DNA of 64,000 nt, from NCBI GenBank assembly GCA_001599295.1, contig BCGN01000003.1, positions 434,001-498,000 of the forward strand, given 5' to 3'. Position 1 is the stretch's first letter. The number at the start of each line of letters is the position of its first letter. Positions 57,237 to 64,000 of this stretch are shown here, one piece after another. The position numbers and the translations under genes are program-made. The notes beneath the pieces were generated by a model. The model searched no databases. It was not told the origin of the DNA and was given only the letters and a program-made list of their open reading frames with translations. This DNA comes from Sporopachydermia quercuum. Its lineage: Eukaryota.

Positions 57237-59609
57237 TTAATGAATCTTAGGATCCTGTATGTCTCCCATAGGATATGCATAATCCATTTCATAGCTCAAA
57301 TCATCATCTAGTTTCCTGGAAAGATAAAGGATCAAAGCGTAAACAAAGCTCGAGCCTATAAACATTTTCTCAAACCATTCATCCGTGAATGAAAACTCCA
57401 TAAAGGAAAAAGACCCATCGCCGCCTCTTGCAAACCTCAAATTCGACGGCAAGGATGATCTCATCATTAAAGTTGTAGATATGAAATACATTCCTGTTAA
57501 TTGGGCAAGTATCAAGTAAACAATACATGACATAAAATACGACCTTTGATCGTGATCGTTTGATCCATCCTCACCAGTGCTTTTCGTAAAATTAACATCA
57601 GAGGATATAGAATCAACTTCGGACGTGTTCCCATTAGTGATAGGTATTCGAGGAGCGAAATTCAACTCCAGCTGGGAAGATTGCCTGCTGATACTGGGTG
57701 ATCCTACTTTTAAGGATCGAATAAAAGTATCATCATCAGCTCTTGATTGAAGCTGCATCTCAATCGAATTAGAAGATGCCAGGAAAAACCGCAGGAAAGA
57801 CCTCATTGAATTCATCACAGATGACATAGAACCTATGAACAATCCTCCCGACAAGAAAAATCCAATGATACGCGACAACGATTGTTTATCCCGAAATTCT
57901 AGTCCAAGCAAATTCGACATTATAGATGTTAAGATTAAAGCTATAGCATCTGATGATGATTTCTTTGTTAATGTAGTACTAGCATTCACATTACCGTAAA
58001 TCAGCTTTTTCAATCGCAACCCAAGAACCGTTGTTGGTTGCCTGAGTTTCTGTTGGAATATAAACTTCGGTAGATTTACAACGTAGCCGTTGAATAATCT
58101 GTAGATGCAATATACGGAGAATATTCTTAGGAAATGCCTGTATACTAACGATATCAGGAAATCAAGTATAAGAGAGGAGTTCGAAACAATGCTGATGAAT
58201 ATAACTTTGGTTGTAATAATGATTTTAGATATTAGTCCTAATGATCGCGTAGAAGTAAATGCTGTGGATAAAGGTAAGACTGTTCTATCGTTGTTACTAT
58301 ATGCAGTAGAGTTGATGGTTTGAAAACTTTGTTTTATAGCACTTTTGAGGTCTTGGAAACTTACAGAACGCTTATGGGTGCTGAATTTTCGGTGGGCTTC
58401 CTCGTAATCAGAGTACAAACTTGACCTGAGCTTCTCTAAACCTCTGAGTTCTGTAACGATGTTCCGTTCTTCCTCTGATTTATAATGCTGTGAATTGGAA
58501 CTGAAATAATCAACAGCACCTGAGGACTTATCAGAAATCATAGATCCAACTTTGGATATGAATCCTCCGCTTTTATGGTTAGTACTTATATCTAGTCCAG
58601 CTTCTATTATAGTATTAGATTTCACGTTGGCAACTGAAGGGCCCCCAGATGAGTTAGAAGCTGATGCTAATGAATCCAGCAGCGAAAGTTTTTGTTCTAT
58701 CAGATAATTTGTTGTGGAAATTGATTGCTGAATCCTCGTTAACTCATAGTCTTCATTTGACTCATCTGTATTGCTATCACGTCTTGCCAGTCTTGTGTTA
58801 CTTTGCTTTAGTTCTCTTGGATTCTTGATGAAAAATAAATAGGGAGTAGAAACGGAACCCACACCACATAAGATTCCCATCAATGTCACACCAATGATTG
58901 ATATTCGGTATAATGAGTTCTCAATGAGATATGATAGTAAAGACGGCGATTCGCCATAGGAAGTCGTTGTATTAGAATAAGGAATGTATCCTCCCAGTTT
59001 ATATAAAAATACAAGCCACACGATAAAACAAACACCTGTAATAGTCAGCACTTTTCTATCATGTAATGGTCTCGTATCTTGATCCGTGAGATCTAAAGAT
59101 CGTGATTTAGTAAGTCTGTGAAGTCCTGTTCTAGCTGTTACGTAATTAATACACAGTGGTATCACAACAACAAGAAAGAACATTAATACAGACAACACAA
59201 GCTTCCAGAAAAAAATTCTATCATCAGAAGCTTGTGCTCTTGTGTCTTTAAGCAGAGTTGCTGCTTCTCCAATACTTTCCAAAGCTCTCAAGGTTCCTGT
59301 TTGCAAGTTGCCTGAAACATCAACTGAATAAGACTCTCCCGCTGATTCATTTGCCATATGGAAAGAAATGACCTCTGTCAGTACTACAAAAATCAACTCA
59401 AAGGACCAAGCAACAGTAGAGTTAAACACCAGACGCACAATTTTCATTATCTTTTGATCTTGGCGCGAAAAAAAGCTTGAGCCGGCATTGCCAGATAGCA
59501 GTGGATTTGAAACATTGGTGAATCCAGGAACATACTTGTAAATTGAAGATGCCCACAGGAAACAGAACACCAGGAAAAGTGTAAAAGGAATGCTGCTGAA
59601 AAAGATCAT
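57237..59609 (-). CDS. GPR89/GPHR (Golgi pH regulator, YHR078W-like) multi-pass membrane protein
   Basis: Multiple TM segments; RISIIGVTLMGILCGVGSVSTPY, LAQLTGMYFISTTLMMRSSLP and WFEKMF. Confidence 0.87.
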   Translation of the reverse strand: MIFFSSIPFTLFLVFCFLWASSIYKYVPGFTNVSNPLLSGNAGSSFFSRQDQKIMKIVRLVFNSTVAWSFELIFVVLTEVISFHMANESAGESYSVDVSGNLQTGTLRALESIGEAATLLKDTRAQASDDRIFFWKLVLSVLMFFLVVVIPLCINYVTARTGLHRLTKSRSLDLTDQDTRPLHDRKVLTITGVCFIVWLVFLYKLGGYIPYSNTTTSYGESPSLLSYLIENSLYRISIIGVTLMGILCGVGSVSTPYLFFIKNPRELKQSNTRLARRDSNTDESNEDYELTRIQQSISTTNYLIEQKLSLLDSLASASNSSGGPSVANVKSNTIIEAGLDISTNHKSGGFISKVGSMISDKSSGAVDYFSSNSQHYKSEEERNIVTELRGLEKLRSSLYSDYEEAHRKFSTHKRSVSFQDLKSAIKQSFQTINSTAYSNNDRTVLPLSTAFTSTRSLGLISKIIITTKVIFISIVSNSSLILDFLISLVYRHFLRIFSVYCIYRLFNGYVVNLPKFIFQQKLRQPTTVLGLRLKKLIYGNVNASTTLTKKSSSDAIALILTSIMSNLLGLEFRDKQSLSRIIGFFLSGGLFIGSMSSVMNSMRSFLRFFLASSNSIEMQLQSRADDDTFIRSLKVGSPSISRQSSQLELNFAPRIPITNGNTSEVDSISSDVNFTKSTGEDGSNDHDQRSYFMSCIVYLILAQLTGMYFISTTLMMRSSLPSNLRFARGGDGSFSFMEFSFTDEWFEKMFIGSSFVYALILYLSRKLDDDLSYEMDYAYPMGDIQDPKIH

Positions 59610-61115
59610 TTTAGAGGGCTGAATAAAAGGTTATACTATAGTATGGTGAGATTAACGAGTGAGCTCATCTGATGCTATATCATCACGGCAATTGATGTTG
59701 TTCCAGTGTAAATAAACCTGATTTGCAATCACAAGCACTTCCTTATGTTGACACGAGTCAGTGGTTTGGAAACGGTATATTCCATATGACTCAAAATGAG
59801 AAAATGAAAATGCTGTAGATACTGTATTTTACAATAGTTGTACTATTTACTAAATATTTTGTGCTAAGATAATAGAAATTAAGTAGCTGTTTATGGCAAT
59901 TAATTAGATCAAGGCTTATTTATAATTGTAGATGCTCATTGATAAGACTAGAGGTTAGTTATGAGGTGGTGGGGCACGTCGGGAGATATATAAGAAGATG
60001 TGACATTGGTTCTGTAAGTGTGACAAGGCTAGACACTGAGGATCTGGTATTTTGGGATTGAGGTGGGTAGTTGAAATGAGACCCTATATAAGATATGCAA
60101 TGGTATGCAAAGCCTATTGATAGGATTCCGATGAATATGAGAGACGAGCCGTATGATAATCTGAGTGGAGATAACATAATAGCAATAATACGCTCCTGGT
60201 AAGAAATTTCTTCAATAAATAGAACTAATTGACTAGTCTTCCTATGAACCAACAAATGTTCACAGATCTTTCACTGCAATTCTTTAAATGAATTAGATAG
60301 CCCATAGATTACGTCATCTCAAAAATAGATAATTATCCATAGAACTACCCCCTGTTCTTGCAGGTTCAGCCATCTCTCGAACTCCCCCACATGTTTTTGC
60401 ACAACGAAAGCCCAAGCATGCCCCTGTTTGATATGAAGCATAAGTTTCCGCATATCGAAGTTCCTACTTATTACCTTGGTCGAACATACTCCGAAACAAC
60501 AGATTGCTGTTATCTGATTTGTAAAAAGAAAATATATCAGTTGTAGATTCTGATTATTGTAAGGTAAGTGACAAGTTTCTATTTTCATTAATAAAAAGTC
60601 TGTTAGGCATGTCTGAAGATAGATGGATGGGGGCGTCACAATAGTGTTTTGTTTTGTGTTAATTGCTTTCATGTGTTGACTTTTGTGAAGCCGCTCAAGA
60701 ATAGTGTTGATGGTATTTTCTTTGTTTCATATCAAGAAGACCAATCTTTGTTAAAAGATCGTCTAAATTGATTTTTGGTATGTCAAGGAAGTAATATGCA
60801 CTTAAGGTGTTGGATCATTCGGAAACATCATGTAATAACAATAACCCTGCTGCAAACATGTTGTCAGTGACATGCATGAACGGTATGGTAATGGTTTGCT
60901 GTACGACAATCATCTGGTGTACGAACATTCAACGAAACAGTATTATTTTTTAACGAAAAGCAATTAGTATTATTTGTATAGCTCCTTTTTATGATTCTAG
61001 CAGACTTGAGAATTGTATTACTACCTCTATTATGGACAATGCTAACATACGTATATAGAGTGGTACTGTTTACTTAGCATACCCAATCACACGACCAACC
61101 GAATAAGCATTAAAG

Positions 61116-61733
61116 ATGAACAGCGATTACGATCTACTATTCAAACTTTTGTTAATTGGAGACTCCGGTGTCGGAAAGTCTTGTTTACTACTGAGATTCT
61201 CTGATGATACATACACCCCAGATTATATTTCCACTATTGGTGTTGACTTCAAGATCCGTACTATCGAATTAGATGGAAAGACTATCAAATTACAAATTTG
61301 GGATACAGCAGGCCAAGAAAGATTTAGAACAATTACTTCATCCTACTACAGAGGAGCGCACGGAATTATCATAGTATATGATGTGACTGATCAAGAATCA
61401 TTCAACAATGTTAAAACTTGGTTACAGGAAATCGACAGATATGCTACACAAGGAGTCAAGAAGTTGTTGGTTGGTAACAAATCCGATCTCACTGATAAGA
61501 AAGTGGTAGAGTACCAAACTGCTAAGGAATTAGCTGATACTTTAGATATTCCATTTATAGAAACTTCAGCTAAATCATCTACAAACGTTGAACATGCGTT
61601 CTTCACCATGGCCAGACAAATCAAGAATGACATGGCAGCCAGTAGTTCTGCTGCTAACACAGGAAATGCTAAGGCCAATGTCAATTTGAGAGGTCAAAGT
61701 TTGAACTCTGGTGCAGGAAACGGTTGCTGTTAG
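61116..61733 (+). CDS. YPT1: Rab1-family GTPase Ypt1
   Basis: [53 protein letters not shown] and C-terminal CC. Confidence 0.98.
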   Translation: MNSDYDLLFKLLLIGDSGVGKSCLLLRFSDDTYTPDYISTIGVDFKIRTIELDGKTIKLQIWDTAGQERFRTITSSYYRGAHGIIIVYDVTDQESFNNVKTWLQEIDRYATQGVKKLLVGNKSDLTDKKVVEYQTAKELADTLDIPFIETSAKSSTNVEHAFFTMARQIKNDMAASSSAANTGNAKANVNLRGQSLNSGAGNGCC

Positions 61734-62473
61734 ATTATAAACTTGGTCAACTTATCTTTTTTTCACCTTTCATATTTTCCCTTTTCAATTCATATCGAAT
61801 CTTATTAGTCCATCATTGTTTGAACCATGATCTCCTTACTTTGATTATTCATTATTAATTGTCGTCTTTTATATAATACTATTGCTCACTCTTCATAAGG
61901 GATCGATAACATCTTTTCATTTCAATTGGGTGGATCGTTTTACCCAACGTTCTAATATAAATGTAGATGTGCCAATTATTCGATTNCTACTGGGTAGCCT
62001 GCAATATCAGTGCATGATACTGCANAAAAACCTTATTTGAGCNTTGCATCTGTTGTATGAACATTTATCTATCAATCCATCATCCCAGACTTTCCACCCT
62101 CTAAACAAGTTTCGTCATTTTAATATTGTTATCTTACTACAGAAAAACCACATGACAGACTGAATTTTTAAGTCATTTAACAAACTATTACACTGGTAAT
62201 NTCACTATCATCATGATAATACAATACCATGTAACATNGACCACCTAACCTAACACGGAACTGATGTCAGGTAACCATCTCCGATTGGGTTTGGTCATAA
62301 TCTTCTTTTCTACTAATCAATTATCTTCTCTTAACTCAATAGGATTAATACAAATTATTCCCAATTATTCCTCATAAATATACCTTTACATCTACATATT
62401 TAATGAATCTAATACTTTACATTCCATAAAACAATTTACAACTAAATTCTTACGCATATAAATTTCTTTCAGT

Positions 62474-63046
62474 ATGGCCCGACATGCTTCTAAAAAGCAA
62501 GCTCAAGTGAACGAATCCGCCCTGAAGTTTCTGCATATAACATCAGGAATCATCTATTCCATTTACTATCTTTCTTACATGCTGCTATCGCGACCTGCAT
62601 CATGGAAACCTTTTATTCTTATTTTACCAGCACTTGGATTACAATATTTTCTTGAAAAGTCAGGAAGACCAAAATATGAAATTCATTCAAGAAAGACTTC
62701 AACTGGTCCTCAAGAGTACTCAGTATTGAAATCATCTGGATCGATTGATTTAGCACAACAAGGAGGTCTTCTTGATATGATGCTCGATGTGATTTATTAC
62801 ACTTGGATATTGTGTGTGCTATCAGTTATTACTGGTTTAACTAAAATATGGTGGCTTTACATCCTGGCGCCAATTTTTGCTTTATATAAAGCATTCACTG
62901 TATCTAAAGCNGGACTTCAAAGCTTACTAGGAGGTGGATCACCATCAAGTGTCGATGATGAATCAGAAGATCAGTCAGAAGCTACGTCAAAACGTCAAGA
63001 AAAATTGCAAAAGCGGCAAAATCAGCAGAAAGTACGATATCGTTAA
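62474..63046 (+). CDS. SND2: SRP-independent targeting protein 2 (TMEM208/DUF788)
   Basis: N-terminal ASKKQA..N, LEKSGRPKY, DLAQQGGL...DVIY, WWLY and basic tail SKRQEKLQKR. Confidence 0.88.
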   Translation: MARHASKKQAQVNESALKFLHITSGIIYSIYYLSYMLLSRPASWKPFILILPALGLQYFLEKSGRPKYEIHSRKTSTGPQEYSVLKSSGSIDLAQQGGLLDMMLDVIYYTWILCVLSVITGLTKIWWLYILAPIFALYKAFTVSKXGLQSLLGGGSPSSVDDESEDQSEATSKRQEKLQKRQNQQKVRYR

Positions 63047-63332
63047 ACATGAAAGAAAGGCTTGTTTAGTTAATAAATTAGAATACTATAANCTTATAAT
63101 TATTTAGAAGTAACATAGATTTCATTGGCTAACTCGAGTCAACACCACAAGCACAAGCACTTCCCATCCTCAAATGCATCAATAATTACACCACCTGCCA
63201 GCAAGCAATGCCGTATTAATAATAGGTATCCCACGCTCGATCAATAGGAATTATACAGCTTCACTATGAATGAATACCAATTCCTAAATCTTTCCTTCCT
63301 CCCTTTACTTTTCATATTCCCTTATACAATTT

Positions 63333-64000
63333 CTAATCTTGTTTGGGTTTCTGAGTAGCTTTCCTCATAAATGCTAAAAACCTATCACCGTATTCAGATG
63401 GTGGCACCGCAGATATTGAGTCACGAGAGTGAGACAAAGTACGCCAAAAAGTTTCAAGCTTTTTGACAAATGAATACGGCGTCAAACAGTCAATCACCCC
63501 TAGATAATATATCTGAGGTAATGGATCATCGTTACTATCAGTAGCTCGAAATCCACCATCGTCAGCATAGAAAACAAAGTTAGACCTACCAGGGAAATCT
63601 TCATCAGGTAAATCATTTTCTAAACTCTTAGGCACAACAGAGCTGATTTGATCTCTCAACGCACTCACCTGCTTAATATCATTATAATCAGATAATGAGA
63701 ATGTCTTACGTCGTGCTACTGGTTTATCATCCATTTTCTGTTTCTGTTGCAGTTTGGACTGAACCTGCTGAACTTGATTATCTGTTGAGTGTTCACCTTC
63801 TTGGTCTTCGTGTTTATTCATATCGCCATCAGGTTGAAAAATTCTTAATGTCATATCTCTAATTTTATCCTTATTACCTCTTTCTACATCATGCACACCT
63901 AAGAGCAAACTGTAGTCCATAATGTTCAACTTCTTCAGCAAAGTAACATCTTTAGTCAACTGTTCTAAAAACTGATGGCTCTTTGAAGGTCCCAGTTGTA
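63333..64000 (-). CDS. MSS4: Phosphatidylinositol-4-phosphate 5-kinase, 3' part (runs off the window)
   Basis: DVTLLKKLNIMDYSLLLGVH, IYYLGVIDCLT, KKLETFW and ISAVPPSEYGDRF. The frame is open to the window edge. Confidence 0.93.
   Translation of the reverse strand, partial: QLGPSKSHQFLEQLTKDVTLLKKLNIMDYSLLLGVHDVERGNKDKIRDMTLRIFQPDGDMNKHEDQEGEHSTDNQVQQVQSKLQQKQKMDDKPVARRKTFSLSDYNDIKQVSALRDQISSVVPKSLENDLPDEDFPGRSNFVFYADDGGFRATDSNDDPLPQIYYLGVIDCLTPYSFVKKLETFWRTLSHSRDSISAVPPSEYGDRFLAFMRKATQKPKQD

Noticed and set aside
7466..61733. Functional cluster of vacuole/Golgi acidification genes (VMA5, VMA8, VPS39, GPR89-like, YPT1)
   Set aside because: The genes are dispersed among unrelated housekeeping genes and share no visible motif. 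VMA5 and VMA8 positions follow ancestral synteny.
62271..62342. Possible SND2 5'-UTR intron (GTAACC...TACTAAT...TAG)
   Set aside because: Both donor and branch are non-consensus and the region may lie upstream of the TSS; too weak without RNA data.
1..64000. tRNA, rRNA, snRNA genes, CRISPR arrays and intact transposons
   Set aside because: None recognised by eye. A tRNAscan-SE/Infernal run is needed to exclude them firmly.

Overview
AT-rich eukaryotic DNA from a budding yeast (Saccharomycotina). It uses the standard genetic code: CTG sits at invariant Leu in kinesin DLAGSE and Ypt1 CLLLRF. Introns are more frequent than in S. cerevisiae and of yeast type (GTAAGT/GTATGT...(TA/TT/TG)CTAAC...YAG). 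The window holds about 22 housekeeping genes: kinesin-1, VMA5, RRP14, a mitochondrial PPR protein (SOV1 by synteny), UBX4, an Hkr1/Msb2 mucin spanning an assembly gap, AFG1, SYF1, VMA8, ATP5, RML2, a divergent EST3, an M28 aminopeptidase, a METTL25-like methyltransferase, a DUF1749 hydrolase, SUR2, VPS39, MHR1, a GPR89-like protein, YPT1, SND2 and the 3' part of MSS4. Six of these genes are split or truncated in the ORF track and are rebuilt here from splice signals. I found no clearly new multi-gene system. The best leads are a frameshift-free, enlarged Est3; a VMA5 5'-UTR intron with C/D-snoRNA-like boxes; patchy CCG/CGG enrichment; deep synteny with S. cerevisiae; and a decayed mobile-element patch at about 4.8-7.0 kb. 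All homology calls come from motif recognition and recall, not database searches.
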